Origin: Nitrosopumilaceae archaeon
GTDB taxonomy: Archaea > Thermoproteota > Nitrososphaeria > Nitrososphaerales > Nitrosopumilaceae
Reading direction: 5' to 3'
Assembly (NCBI GenBank): GCA_965214835.1
Contig: CBDCCK010000002.1
Coordinates: forward strand, 320,001 to 384,000
DNA: 64,000 nucleotides
The translations under genes and the position numbers were made by a program. Position 1 is the first letter of the stretch, and each line of letters begins with the position of its first letter. Below the pieces are notes generated by a model. The model was not told the DNA's origin and did no database searches. It saw only the letters and a program-made list of their open reading frames with translations. Positions 1 through 10,095 of this stretch are shown piece by piece.

Positions 1-93
1 CTCAAACTACGCCCCAGTGGCGGGATAAAAACGGCAACCCCTGCCACTTTGCCGAGGACAACCTATTTATTCCAAATTTCAAGACTCATCTGC

Positions 94-498
94 ATGCCGA
101 TCAACAAGGATATACTGGAGAAAAGACAGGAGGTGGCCTCTTCTAGACCCGACTTTAGGAGGCAGGAGAGCTGGAGGTATGTCAGGCTGCAGTCCGCGTG
201 GAGAAAGCCAAAGGGAAAGGACAACCACCAGAGAAAGCAGCTAAGCAGGGGCCGCCCGGGCCTGGTCAAGGTAGGATATGGTGGGCCAAGGATTGCGAGG
301 GGCCTGCACCCGTCAGGATTTACGGATAATCTGGTTCACACGACGAGTGACCTGCAAGGACTGGATCCAAAAAAGGACGGGGTCAGACTGGGTCACGGTG
401 TCGGGGTCAAGAAAAGAAAGGAAATCCTCTCAAAGGCAGTCGAGATGAGGTTCAAGGTGTTCAACGCAAGGGTGTCTGCAGGTGCCGATAAATCTTAG
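94..498 (+). CDS. rpl32e: 50S ribosomal protein L32e
   Basis: RPDFRRQESWRY..WRKPKGKDN and GYG..RGLHPSG motifs; start moved to ATG at 94. Confidence 0.95.
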   Translation: MPINKDILEKRQEVASSRPDFRRQESWRYVRLQSAWRKPKGKDNHQRKQLSRGRPGLVKVGYGGPRIARGLHPSGFTDNLVHTTSDLQGLDPKKDGVRLGHGVGVKKRKEILSKAVEMRFKVFNARVSAGADKS

Positions 499-937
499 GG
501 CAAAGAAAAGGCTCGTGTCAAGGGTCACTGGCGTGGGAGTGCACAGGATAAGGTTCGACTCTGATCACCTAGACGACATTGCAGACGCAATCACAAGGCA
601 GAACATCAGGAGTCTGATTACCGCAAACACGATCTCGTTCAAGCCAGTCAGGGGAACCTCTAGGGGAAGGGCGCAGCACAAAAAGGAGCAGCGCGCCAAG
701 AGGGGAACCAAGCAGGGCTCCAAGCACGGGAGGAAGGGCGCGCGTGTCGGAAAGAAAAGTGTCTACGTTGCAAAGGTTCGTTCACTGAGGTACGTCCTCA
801 AGGTGGCAAAGGACAGAGAAGAGGTTACCAACGAGGAGTTCTGGACGCTCTACAAGAAGGTGGGCGGAAACACGGTAAGAAACAAGGCGCACCTAAGGAC
901 CCTGATAGAGGAGGCCAAGGCAGGCAGAAGTGCCTAG
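482..937 (+). CDS. rpl19e: 50S ribosomal protein L19e
   Basis: N-terminal LRAKKRL...RI, SRGR and G..KHGRKGAR motifs; follows L32e. Confidence 0.95.
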   Translation: MPINLRAKKRLVSRVTGVGVHRIRFDSDHLDDIADAITRQNIRSLITANTISFKPVRGTSRGRAQHKKEQRAKRGTKQGSKHGRKGARVGKKSVYVAKVRSLRYVLKVAKDREEVTNEEFWTLYKKVGGNTVRNKAHLRTLIEEAKAGRSA

Positions 938-963
938 ACCCGGCACCTGATCTTTTCAAAACA

Positions 964-1043
964 AGCTTGTTGCACAACCGTATGCCTTAACGCGTAAAAA
1001 CGACTGAGATTTTGTGCATAAAATCAGGGTTATGCGACAGGTT
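964..1043. mobile_element. ~80-bp MITE (AGCCTGTTGCACAACC-type TIR family)
   Basis: Imperfect TIRs AGCTTGTTGCACAACC / GGTTATGCGACAGGTT; homologous along its length to 55502-55579. Confidence 0.65.
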
Positions 1044-1096
1044 ACTCAAAACCATCCAGTGATTAGTTACTTCCGGCCGGATTCAGTTTCCTAAAA

Positions 1097-1390
1097 CTAG
1101 AACCTGTACCTGATCTTTTCAAAGTTCTCAAGCCTGCCCCCGGTCACCTTCAGGCCCTCCCTTGAGAGCATGTTCCCCTTGATGTCGGGGCCGTACGCAT
1201 AGCCCCCAAGCTGCCCGTCGGACTTGACGACCCGGTGGCAGGGCACGATTGAGGGATGGGGGTTTTTGTTCATGATCCCTCCTATTGCGCGCTGCCCGCC
1301 CTCCAAGCCGACGGCCCTTGCCAGATCACCGTAGGTCGTGACGTACCCGGGGGGAACCTCCAAGAGTTTTTTGTATACGAGACTGCTCAG
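1097..1390 (-). CDS. ogt: Methylated-DNA--protein-cysteine methyltransferase (MGMT)
   Basis: TTYGDLA, RAIG, NP...PCHRVV active-site motif; start uncertain (near 1390, overlapping the upstream stop). Confidence 0.85.
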   Translation of the reverse strand: MSSLVYKKLLEVPPGYVTTYGDLARAVGLEGGQRAIGGIMNKNPHPSIVPCHRVVKSDGQLGGYAYGPDIKGNMLSREGLKVTGGRLENFEKIRYRF

Positions 1391-2163
1391 AGTCTTATTA
1401 CCTCTAGGTCTGTCTTGGATACCAGATCCATTACCTTTTGCTTGTGTTGTCCCAGTCCCGCCCAATCCAGTATAACGGCAGTCGCGCCGGTATTTCTTTG
1501 TATCACATGATCAAACAGCTCCTGATCGAGGAACTCTAGCGCGTGTCTTGGAATGACCGTGCCCAGGCCCAGCCTTCCATGCAAGAGCTCCCGGGTAAAC
1601 TTTTCAGAATAGTGGGTTCCGCCAAGGCAGATGGCATACGGGGTCTGGGGCCGCGGGGACTTTACGGCCTCAAGGACGATCTCTGCTACGGATGTGCAAA
1701 GCTCCCTGTCGCTCCACTGCTCCGGGGTGGTTCCCACCTCGATGAACAGGCAGGGCCTGTCCAGGGCGCTCGGCCCGTGATGGGTCGCCTCAATTGTAAT
1801 GTCAAACCCCGGAAACCGGCCCTTGCTTTCAAACAGTCTTTGCAGGTACTGCTTTTGAAGCGAGGGGTACGGAATGGCAACCTGCCTGTCACGCCCGCCA
1901 AACCTTGCCTCAGAAAAGTTTCCGGTGCTATGGCACGTCAGGGCCAGGACCCCCGACTCTGCCGCATGCTTTGAGAGAAACACGAACGAGTCATGGTCAT
2001 ACGTGTCCCCAAGCCAGTCAGCGGAAATTGCAGGGGTGGCAATGACCAGCAGGTCAAAGTAGTCCCCGCGGAAGACATCGCCGTCTTTTCTCATCCCACG
2101 GGACAGGAATTCTGCCATGTTGTTCCCGGCAGGATCGTCCCTGTACGCAACGAGCAAGTCCAT
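1387..2163 (-). CDS. dtdA: D-aminoacyl-tRNA deacylase (archaeal DTD2)
   Basis: FLSKH, LTCHSTGN, EATHHGP, FIEVG, GGTHY motifs; start MDLLVAY at 2163. Confidence 0.9.
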   Translation of the reverse strand: MDLLVAYRDDPAGNNMAEFLSRGMRKDGDVFRGDYFDLLVIATPAISADWLGDTYDHDSFVFLSKHAAESGVLALTCHSTGNFSEARFGGRDRQVAIPYPSLQKQYLQRLFESKGRFPGFDITIEATHHGPSALDRPCLFIEVGTTPEQWSDRELCTSVAEIVLEAVKSPRPQTPYAICLGGTHYSEKFTRELLHGRLGLGTVIPRHALEFLDQELFDHVIQRNTGATAVILDWAGLGQHKQKVMDLVSKTDLEVIRL

Positions 2164-2203
2164 GAGATAAAAGATATAAGGACACCATATTAAACGTCCA
2201 GCA

Positions 2204-2377
2204 ATGAATCCAAGGCAGACCCTCAAAAACATGGCAAACACCATGAAGATGGCAAGAAAGTCAGACAAGGAGGACTATATGCAGCATCTAAGGCTGGTAC
2301 TGCTGGGGATTGGAGCCGTCGGAACGATTGGGTTTATAATTCAGTTCGTGTTTGGTGTATTCACTTATCAGGGATAA
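2204..2377 (+). CDS. secE: Protein translocase subunit SecE/Sec61-gamma
   Basis: 57-aa ORF missing from the ORF track: MNPRQTLKNMANTMKMARKSDKEDY...GIGAVGTIGFIIQF, one TM helix, directly upstream of spt5. Confidence 0.9.
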   Translation: MNPRQTLKNMANTMKMARKSDKEDYMQHLRLVLLGIGAVGTIGFIIQFVFGVFTYQG

Positions 2378-2379
2378 AA

Positions 2380-2838
2380 TTGTCAGAAGAAATAAAGTCT
2401 CACCTCTTTGCAATCAGGACTACCGGAGGCCAGGAAAAGATGGTGATGAACCTGCTGGAGGCAAAGGCAAAGATGAACAAGATTGACATCCAGTCCGTCC
2501 TGCTCGTGGATAACCTAAAGGGCTATGTCGTAGTCGAGGCGCTGAGTCCCAGCTCCGCATTCATGGCAATAGAGGGGATCAGGCACATCAGGGGACAGCT
2601 GAGGGGGGAGCTGAAATTCAAGGATATTGAGGGTTATCTGGTCAAAAAGTCAACTGTCACGCAGCTTGGCGTGGACAACGTCGTGGAGATCACCGGAGGC
2701 CCCTTCAAGGGCATGAAAGCGACCATCACGAGAATTGATCACGAAAAAGAGGAGGCAACCGTCGTGCTGCTAGATGCGGCATACCAGCTGCCGGTGACGG
2801 TGGATGCAAACTACCTAAAGCTCTCAAGCGGGTCGTAG
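2380..2838 (+). CDS. spt5: Transcription elongation factor Spt5/NusG
   Basis: TTGGQE, KGYVVVEA, KOW motif VEITGGPFKG. Confidence 0.95.
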   Translation: MSEEIKSHLFAIRTTGGQEKMVMNLLEAKAKMNKIDIQSVLLVDNLKGYVVVEALSPSSAFMAIEGIRHIRGQLRGELKFKDIEGYLVKKSTVTQLGVDNVVEITGGPFKGMKATITRIDHEKEEATVVLLDAAYQLPVTVDANYLKLSSGS

Positions 2839-2873
2839 CAACGATTAAATTTTTCATGGAGTCTTGATGAATT

Positions 2874-3356
2874 ATGGGCGAACCGCAGAAAATCTCATCG
2901 CTGGTAACCGGGGGCCAGGCATCGGCAGGCCCGCCGCTGGGCCCTGCAATGGGCCCGCTGGGGGTAAACATCATGGAGGTCATCGGCGCCATCAACGAAA
3001 AGACCAAGGACTTTGAGGGAATGAAGGTCCCCGTAACGGTATCGGTGGATCCCGATACCAAGGCATACGAGATCGAGATCGGCATCCCCTCGGCGGCCGC
3101 GCTACTGATGAAGGAGGCCGGAATCCAAAAGGGCTCGGGTGCGCCCGGTACGGATTACGTCGGGGATGTGACCATGGACTCGGTTCTCAAGGTGGCCGGC
3201 ACAAAGCTGGAGGCCTCCTACGCCTCCTCGCTAAAGCAGGTGGCCAAGACCATAGTCGGGACGTGCGTCCCACTGGGGCTGAAAATCGAGGGCAAGACGC
3301 CAAGGGAGATTACAGCCGAGATCAACGAGGGCAAGTGGGACGAAAAGCTCCAATAG
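2874..3356 (+). CDS. rpl11: 50S ribosomal protein L11
   Basis: GGQASAGPPLGPAMG motif; GTC...G. Confidence 0.97.
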   Translation: MGEPQKISSLVTGGQASAGPPLGPAMGPLGVNIMEVIGAINEKTKDFEGMKVPVTVSVDPDTKAYEIEIGIPSAAALLMKEAGIQKGSGAPGTDYVGDVTMDSVLKVAGTKLEASYASSLKQVAKTIVGTCVPLGLKIEGKTPREITAEINEGKWDEKLQ

Positions 3357-3478
3357 GCAACATCCCGGGCTCGAAGTTTAGACGTGGATTTTGCCGCCAA
3401 GGCAGCCTTTGCAGGTGTAATTCGTGCCCAAAATCATAAATCACTTCCAAAGCCCGGGCTGCTACTCCAATAGCCCCC

Positions 3479-3937
3479 CTATTTCCTGACCAGATACACG
3501 GGATCCTTGTCGGTCTTTTGCAGCTCCACGAAGGTCTCCGTGTTCTGAATGCCCTCGATCTTGCCTATCTTTTCGATGACTACAGAGTGCAGCTCCTCAA
3601 GGTTCTCGGCATAGACCTGGATCATTATGTCAAAGCGGCCTGTGACCTCGGATATGGAGGCGACCTCGTGGGTATCCATGAGCCTCTTGTGTATGGCATC
3701 CTTGAGCTTGGGATCGCGGTTGATGCCCACGGCCGCCTTTACGCCAATTCCCAACAGTGAGTCGTCAATCACGATGGTGAACTTTTTGATCAGCCTCTTT
3801 TTTACCAGCCGCTTGATCCTGCTGTAAAGAACCGACGCGTTGATTCCGAGTTTTTTTGAAAGGGCGGGCACGGAGACGGAGCCGTCCTTGGTCAGCTCAA
3901 ACAACAGTTTCATATCCAGCTCGTCAAATCTATGCAA
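3479..3937 (-). CDS. Lrp/AsnC family transcriptional regulator
   Basis: DELDMKLL N-terminal HTH; VTGRFD RAM domain. Confidence 0.9.
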   Translation of the reverse strand: MHRFDELDMKLLFELTKDGSVSVPALSKKLGINASVLYSRIKRLVKKRLIKKFTIVIDDSLLGIGVKAAVGINRDPKLKDAIHKRLMDTHEVASISEVTGRFDIMIQVYAENLEELHSVVIEKIGKIEGIQNTETFVELQKTDKDPVYLVRK

Positions 3938-4105
3938 GTGTTTCGAGAATGTCAGACTCGAACTAATAAATGTAAGTTTTTTTAATTTTATTTCGGCTTC
4001 ATTATAAAATTTGGCAGAAAACCTGAAAAACTTGTAATTTGAACATGATTTGAGGGCGGCGATCTCTAAACGATTTTAAGTAGGCGGCAGGGAAAACCAC
4101 TCGTA

Positions 4106-4759
4106 ATGGTTACTGAGACTGAGCTGGCCGAGATGGCAGGGGAGGCAAAGGCGGGCCGAAAGGATCGCAAGTTTACAGAGTCCCTGGAGCTCATCATGGT
4201 CTTCAAGGACATCGATGTGAAAAAGGGCTTTGCAATCAATGAGACGGTTCAGCTTCCCAAAGCAGGCTCGCCGGCCTCGGTCTGCGTCATGGCAACGGGG
4301 GACATGGGAGCAAAGGCAAAGGTTGCAAACGCCGACAGGGTCATCGATGCAGACGAGCTGGAACGGCTGAGTGCAAACAAAAGGGAATCTAGGAAGATAA
4401 TCAACAAGTATGACTTTTTTCTGGCAGACACGCAGATCATGCCGACTGTCGGCAAGGCGCTGGGTCAGCTGCTAGGTCCGAGGGGCAAGATGCCGACCCC
4501 GGTGCCGTTTAATGCTCCAATCGAGTCGTTTCTGCAGAGGTTCAGATCATCGATCAAGGTAAGGGTGAGGGGCTCGCTCTCAATGTCATGCAAGATTGGG
4601 ACAAAGTCCATGGAGGACTCGGAGCTGGCCGCAAATGCAAACACAGTCATCAACATGGTAAAGACCAAGCTCCCAAACGGGGAGAAAAACATCAAGAAAA
4701 TCATGGTAAAGACGACGATGGGCAGCATAGTCAGACAAAAGGCGGAGGCCAAGAAATAG
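4106..4759 (+). CDS. rpl1: 50S ribosomal protein L1
   Basis: RKFTESLE, LGPRGKMP, VKTTMG. Confidence 0.97.
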   Translation: MVTETELAEMAGEAKAGRKDRKFTESLELIMVFKDIDVKKGFAINETVQLPKAGSPASVCVMATGDMGAKAKVANADRVIDADELERLSANKRESRKIINKYDFFLADTQIMPTVGKALGQLLGPRGKMPTPVPFNAPIESFLQRFRSSIKVRVRGSLSMSCKIGTKSMEDSELAANANTVINMVKTKLPNGEKNIKKIMVKTTMGSIVRQKAEAKK

Positions 4760-4760
4760 A

Positions 4761-5627
4761 ATGTACGAGAACAGAACCTCCTATCCAAAGGCAAAATCCC
4801 AGATGTTTGCACAACTGCAGGAGATTCCAAGAAAGTACCGGGTCATGGCGCTTGTAAAGATGGACAAGGTCAGGGCATCGCAGATCCTTCCGCTCAGGAA
4901 AAAGCTAAAGGGGGAGGTAGAGTTCTTCAGCGTAAAAGACAGGGTGGCGCGAAAGGCACTTGAGATGCTGGATGTTCCCGGAATCAAAGAAATTGCAGGG
5001 CAGCTGACCGGCCAGTGCATGTTCTTGTTCACAAACATGTCGCCGTTCAGGCTCAACGTGCTTTTGGCAAAGAACTCAGTCATGATGGCGGCCAGGGCAG
5101 GCGACATTGCAAGCATTGATGTGGTGGTCCGGCCGGTAAACACCGGAGTCGCACCGGGGCCGATGCTTACCGAGTTCAAGGAGGCAGGAATCCCGACAAA
5201 GATTGATCAGGGAACAATCTGGATTACAAAGGAGACTGTTCCGGTAAAAAGGGGCGAGGCAGTCAGTGAAAAGCTCGCCCCACTCTTGGGAAAACTGGAC
5301 ATAAAGCCCGTGGAGGCAGGCATCGCGCTAGAATCGGCGCTAGAGGAGGGCACGATATACGCCAGAGACGAGATGGTAATCGATGTTGACGGATTCAGGG
5401 AGGATCTGGCAAGATCACACCAGGAGGCAGTCGCACTTACAGTCGAGATAGGATACGTCACTGCAGACAATATCAGGCAGATCCTCGGCAAGGCCGCGCA
5501 GTCTGCCAGATCGGTATCGGCAGAGTCAGGATACATAACCGACGAGACCCGGGAGCAGATCCTGCAAAAGGCAAGCGGACAGGCACAGGCCCTGGCAGCG
5601 GCGGCCAAGGGCTATGCCCCCACATAA
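4761..5627 (+). CDS. rpl10: 50S ribosomal protein L10/P0
   Basis: ARAGDIA, NTG..PGP, GIPTKI..G.I motifs; follows L1. Confidence 0.95.
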   Translation: MYENRTSYPKAKSQMFAQLQEIPRKYRVMALVKMDKVRASQILPLRKKLKGEVEFFSVKDRVARKALEMLDVPGIKEIAGQLTGQCMFLFTNMSPFRLNVLLAKNSVMMAARAGDIASIDVVVRPVNTGVAPGPMLTEFKEAGIPTKIDQGTIWITKETVPVKRGEAVSEKLAPLLGKLDIKPVEAGIALESALEEGTIYARDEMVIDVDGFREDLARSHQEAVALTVEIGYVTADNIRQILGKAAQSARSVSAESGYITDETREQILQKASGQAQALAAAAKGYAPT

Positions 5628-5848
5628 GTCACCAAGTTCCTTTTACCCGGGGCAGGAGGCGCCTGTCACTCGGGTGCCCGCATCATGTCTCTGGTAAAAA
5701 TGCAAGTGATGCCATTCAGTTTGACGGATTCTCCACTAAAAACCGCCGTAAAAACTTCGAGATGCCCAAGAATGGGCGGTGCCGAAAAATCCATGGTGCC
5801 ACGCTCATCATACCTGCGATAAAGCTGGTCGTAAAGAAAAAATTTGAT

Positions 5849-6166
5849 CTATCCAAAGAGTGAGGACAGTCCTTCCATTGCGGCTTCTTCAGATTTGCCG
5901 TCGTCTTTCTTTTCCTCTTTCTTATCTTCTCCACCTGCCGCTGCGGCATCATCACCACCTGCGGCCGCTGCCGGGGCTGCTGCGACTGCCACAGGGGCCG
6001 CCTTTACGGCCTCGTCAATATTGACATCTGCCAGTGCAGCTACCAGTGCCTTTACTTGCGCGTCATTTACTTCGGCGCCAGATGCCTTTACAACTGAGGC
6101 AATGTTTTCCTCGCTAACATTCTTTTGTAGCTTGTGAAGCAGTAGTGCAGCGTAAACATATTCCAT
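5849..6166 (-). CDS. rpl12: 50S ribosomal stalk protein L12/P1
   Basis: [11 protein letters not shown] start, Ala hinge, acidic tail, GLSSLFG end. Confidence 0.97.
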   Translation of the reverse strand: MEYVYAALLLHKLQKNVSEENIASVVKASGAEVNDAQVKALVAALADVNIDEAVKAAPVAVAAAPAAAAGGDDAAAAGGEDKKEEKKDDGKSEEAAMEGLSSLFG

Positions 6167-6218
6167 TGTATCCGGAATTCACGCTCAGGATAATATAAAA
6201 CTATGGCGAAAAGCCAGG

Positions 6219-6247
6219 GTAAAAGTTTACCCCTCCCCTGAGATACG
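6219..6247. mobile_element. Truncated left end of a GTAA-type MITE, cut by the IS481 insertion
   Basis: GTAAAAGTTTACCCCTCCCCTGAGATACG matches the left end of the element at 18088. Confidence 0.55.
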
Positions 6248-7288
6248 TCTATCATACGAAAATTAGTTCCGCCTAAGATCAGGCGTACTTTGAAGAATTA
6301 TTTTAGGCTGTACCGATCAAAAAATGTGAAGAAAAGATTGGGGAAAAAGTCGCTCCGGTACATAGAAAGGCAGAGAAAAAAGGGCGTGCCTGCAAGGCAG
6401 ATAGTCCGGGAGCTGGGCATCAGCGACAGGTACGTTAGGAAGATATGGGCCAGGTTCCGTAGATCCGGCACGGTCCTGCCGCAGAACGGGGCAGGAAGGC
6501 CCGGCATGGGCATGGATCCCGGGGATGTCAGAGCGGTCCTTGACGCATATTCCCAGATGCCGTCGGGTGCAGAGCGGCTGGCATTGCGCATGAGGGCCGC
6601 AGGCAGGCAGATAAGCTACTATTCGGTATACGGGATCATGAAGGTCGAGGGAATCACGGGCAGCTCGCCCGGAAGATCCAGACAGCTCAAATGGCTGCGC
6701 TATGAGCGCATGTATTCCAACGCAATGTGGCACACAGACTGGCACGAAATGAGGGATCCACGCCTGAAAAAGCTCAATCTGGCAGGCGTATCTTGACGAT
6801 TCCTCTCGGTGCATAACCGGATTCGGCGTCTTTGAGCACGCGACCTCGGAGAACGCAGTCATGGTGCTGCGCAAGGCCATCCGGGAGTTCGGGACGCCGG
6901 CCCAGATACTCTCGGACAACGGCGGCTGCTTTACGTCGGCTAGGCGCGGCACCCCCCGGGGGCAGCTGGACGCCCACGCTGTTTGAGGACGAGCTGCTAG
7001 AGCGCAACATCATGCTGCTCAACTCGCGCCCGTACCATCCACAGACCAACGGCAGGCTGGAGAGGTGGCTTGAGACGCTTGAGGGAGCTGGCGCACTTTG
7101 CCAAGATAGACGAGTTCATCGAGTTCTACAACGAGCGCAGGACGCACTGGTCGCTTGACATAGAGCGTGCCGAGACGCCCAGGATGGCGTTCCGGAGCCG
7201 GGAGGCCACAGAAGCGATCAGGAAAAGCAACCCAAAATGGATGGAGGAGGACACCGGTGATGGTGCGACATAATTTTCATATAATACA
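6248..7288 (+). mobile_element. IS481-family insertion sequence (degenerate)
   Basis: Imperfect TIRs TCTATCATACGAAAATTA / TAATTTTCATATAATACA; integrase-core motifs WHTDW, LDDSSR, SDNG, PYHPQTNGRLER. Confidence 0.85.
6290..7273 (+). pseudogene. IS481 transposase with several frameshifts
   Basis: Pieces in different frames (6290-6796; ~6785-6950; ~6960-7085; 7070-7273). Confidence 0.8.
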
Positions 7289-7345
7289 TTCGTGCACTGG
7301 AAGGCATTGGGTTTTATTCAATCGGTTTTCGCCTAGTCTAACATT

Positions 7346-7425
7346 AGACTTTATGCACAATCGACCTGAATGAGATGAATTTGTTCGTAATAATCCTAGA
7401 TCTGAACCGATTATGCATAAAGTCT
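7346..7425. mobile_element. 80-bp MITE derived from the IS5/ISL2-type IS
   Basis: TIRs AGACTTTATGCACAATCG / CGATTATGCATAAAGTCT; 3-bp TSD ATT; near-identical to 48253-48332; TIR matches the IS at 58992-60709. Confidence 0.9.
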
Positions 7426-7428
7426 ATT

Positions 7429-7640
7429 ACCATAGAGAAACAAAAAGAGTGCTCATAAGGCAAGACGAAGACGGGGTTTGTCTCCGAGGTACCGGATCTT
7501 CCCGGGTGCATATCCCAGGGAAAGACCAGACAGGACGCCGTCGCAAACGCCAAAGATGCCATGTCGGGATACTTGTCCAGCCTAAAAAAACACGGCGAGC
7601 CTATTCCTTCCACGTTGGCGAAGAGACCGTAGAGATACAT
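7429..7640 (+). pseudogene. hicB: HicB-family antitoxin, frameshifted
   Basis: VLIRQDEDG, frameshift, then FVSEVPDLPGCISQGKTRQDAVANAKDAMSGYLSSLKKHGEPIP (HicB signature). Confidence 0.8.
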
Positions 7641-7683
7641 GTCCAGACTGCCTGCTGTTTCTGCAATAGAACCAATCAAGATT
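7639..7683 (+). pseudogene. N-terminal remnant of a HicA-like toxin
   Basis: MSRLPAVSAIEPIK resembles a HicA N-terminus and directly follows hicB; similarity then stops. Confidence 0.5.
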
Positions 7684-8170
7684 AGAGTCAAAAGAATTTC
7701 CGGAGATGTTGTAGGAAAGACTGGAAACTGTGTTTTTTGCCGGTTCTGGTTTTGAATGGCGCAAAGACAAGCTCCACTCCAAGCACAAAATTCCAAATCG
7801 CTATTTTTGTCCGGTCTTGCACATTCGTTGTCGCCGATCATTGTCTTTCCAAGATTTTTTCAAGGCTAGTCAACAGCAATACTGCGAGCCGGAGCGGGTT
7901 CCGTCTTCACGCATCTTCAAACCCGCATCATGGGGCGGCATTGATCAGAAGATCCATGCCAAACTCTGTACTTTTACGGCCTTTCGTCTAGGCTCAGCCC
8001 GTCATGGGACAGCAGGTTCCACGATTGCCCCTGTTCTGCAAAGTTTTTTGCCAAGTTCTCCGGGTCGTGTCTGGACACACCTTCCAGAATTGGTCAAAAA
8101 TTCGCCCAAAACATCGGCATTAAGGTGTCAGTACCACGTCCTTATGTGGGGGAGTATTTGCCTCAAATAG

Positions 8171-8267
8171 TATATTTTGTGCAACTGATCTCTCTTTAGA
8201 AGAGAGAAAAGATACATAAATTATATATATTTTATGTAACTAATCTCTCTTTAAAGGAGAGAAAGAT
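8171..8267 (+). promoter_or_regulatory. Tandem palindromic operators flanking the TATA box of the abiE operon
   Basis: Two ~42-bp direct repeats (8171-8213, 8226-8267), each with TCTCTCTTT-A-RA(A/G)GAGAGA; TTATATAT between them. Confidence 0.7.
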
Positions 8268-9090
8268 GGCACAAAATATACGGTTGGGGCCGCAGGAAAC
8301 AAAACTACTGTTTAGTCTGGAAATGAAGAAAATGAGTGTCTTTACCTTCGACAATGCTAGAAATATTCTTGAAGGAACAGATTCTGCTGCTTGGAATGTA
8401 ATTGAAGGATTGAAAAAAAAGAAGAGATTACAAGAAATTGAAAACGGAAAATATCTCCTTATCCCTGCAAGAGCCGGTCCTGAGGGATATTGGTCTGAGG
8501 ATCCCTGGCTAATTGTACCTCGACTAATTGGTGAATATTATGTCGGATTCTGGACTGCGATGAATTTTTGGGACATGACAGAACAGATACCCTACACGGT
8601 TTTTGTCGTTACACCGAAACGAAAGAAAAATCGCATCCTAAAGTTTGGAAATCAAAAATTCCAGTTTGTCACCATATCAAAAAAGAAGTTTTTTGGATAC
8701 GTCGAACACAGAATAGGAAAAAATAACCATTTTAACATTTCTTCAAAAGAAAAAACGGTGGTTGACGGATTAACTCACCCGGAATATTGCGGTGGGATAG
8801 TAGAAGTAACAAAGGCGATGTGGAACATACGAAAAGAAGTCGATTGGGATGAAATTTATCAACTAACCAAAAAAATTGGAATCAATGTCGTGTTACGCAG
8901 ACTGGGCTATCTGCTCACTATTCTCGATATAGAAAAAAACCTGTCTGAGAAAATAAAAAAAGAAACAGCTAGGTATCCCTATAGTTTTCTTGATCCTACT
9001 GCTGCAAAAACAAGAATTGCATATTCAAAGGAATACGGATTAATACTTAACAGAACAAGGGATGAATTGCTTAGCTGGATGGAGTACTAG
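8266..9090 (+). CDS. abiEi: Type IV TA antitoxin AbiEi (wHTH regulator)
   Basis: N-terminal wHTH (LKKKKRLQEIENGKY), YVGFWTAMNFWDMTEQIP, EKTVVD, RRLGYLL; AT-rich. Confidence 0.85.
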   Translation: MAQNIRLGPQETKLLFSLEMKKMSVFTFDNARNILEGTDSAAWNVIEGLKKKKRLQEIENGKYLLIPARAGPEGYWSEDPWLIVPRLIGEYYVGFWTAMNFWDMTEQIPYTVFVVTPKRKKNRILKFGNQKFQFVTISKKKFFGYVEHRIGKNNHFNISSKEKTVVDGLTHPEYCGGIVEVTKAMWNIRKEVDWDEIYQLTKKIGINVVLRRLGYLLTILDIEKNLSEKIKKETARYPYSFLDPTAAKTRIAYSKEYGLILNRTRDELLSWMEY

Positions 9091-9092
9091 AA

Positions 9093-9854
9093 ATGGATGC
9101 AGACGAAATAAAGTCGCTAGGCGGCAGGCATGGGGTGTTTGCAGAGACCATCCAAAAAGATTATTCTGCAACTGTCTTGTTGCTTGTAATTTCAGAATTT
9201 TCAAAAATATCTGAAATGGTGTTTAAGGGAGGCACTGCACTCAAAAAAATATATTTTCCAGATGCGAGATTTTCAGAAGATCTTGATTTTACCTGTAATA
9301 GCGATATCTCAAATGAACTAGAATCTTTACTAAAAGAGAAAATCAAGCAACTTGATGCGAATTTCACCGAAGTCAAGAAGATGGAAACTGGTAAGCGCAG
9401 TCAAAAATACTCTGTAAAGTACCTGAATTATAACGGTCATCCCATGTCCGTCAAAATAGACCTTAGTTTGAGAGAGGAAGTGGTTAGGAACGTAGAAACC
9501 CTGCCAATTCAGCATTTTTACAGTATACTGGAAACTGGTAGTTTTTCCATTCCTAGCATGAGTGTTGAGGAAATTATGGCTGAAAAAATACGGGCATTGG
9601 CATATGCCCAAAAGCCACGTCATTTGTATGATGTGTGGTATCTCTTTGAGCAAGGCATTGAACTCGACAAAAGTTTAGCAAATTCAAAACTGTCTTTCTA
9701 TAAAGAAGAGTTTTCATCAGATAAGATAAAAGACGGCATTAAGAAAATGAAAAATGAGTGGGATGTAGATCTAAACCCCTTACTTCCAACAGTTCCGTCA
9801 TTTGACGAAATATCAAAAAACGTTATTCAGAACATCGAAACTGCGATGAAATAG
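9093..9854 (+). CDS. abiEii: Type IV TA toxin AbiEii (DUF1814 nucleotidyltransferase)
   Basis: FKGGTALKK, RFSEDLDF, AEKIRA, RHLYD motifs. Confidence 0.92.
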   Translation: MDADEIKSLGGRHGVFAETIQKDYSATVLLLVISEFSKISEMVFKGGTALKKIYFPDARFSEDLDFTCNSDISNELESLLKEKIKQLDANFTEVKKMETGKRSQKYSVKYLNYNGHPMSVKIDLSLREEVVRNVETLPIQHFYSILETGSFSIPSMSVEEIMAEKIRALAYAQKPRHLYDVWYLFEQGIELDKSLANSKLSFYKEEFSSDKIKDGIKKMKNEWDVDLNPLLPTVPSFDEISKNVIQNIETAMK

Positions 9855-9875
9855 CACAATTGTACACAGGAGAAT

Positions 9876-10095
9876 AGACTTTATGCGCAATCGGCCGTGA
9901 CTAAAAACTACGCAAGATTTTCCAAACGTCAGCGTGTTGATCAGATCAAACTGCCGCATGCGGATCATCATGTCACGACGCACGCAAAAACCGGTTACAT
10001 CAAAAAGATATGCACAGTCCTGCGGCATGGCGATGCGCCCCGTCGACGAGCTAGGAACAAGGCGGCCCGTGCCGCCGTACTCCATATGTCGGGCA
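9876..10095 (-). mobile_element. Right-end remnant of an IS5/ISL2-type IS
   Basis: TIR AGACTTTATGCGCAATCG followed by ~200 bp homologous to 63548-63752. Confidence 0.75.

Noticed and set aside
7686-8165. ORFs 7730-8170 and 7344-7841
   Set aside because: No recognisable motif; possibly a very degraded transposase fragment, but not supportable by eye.
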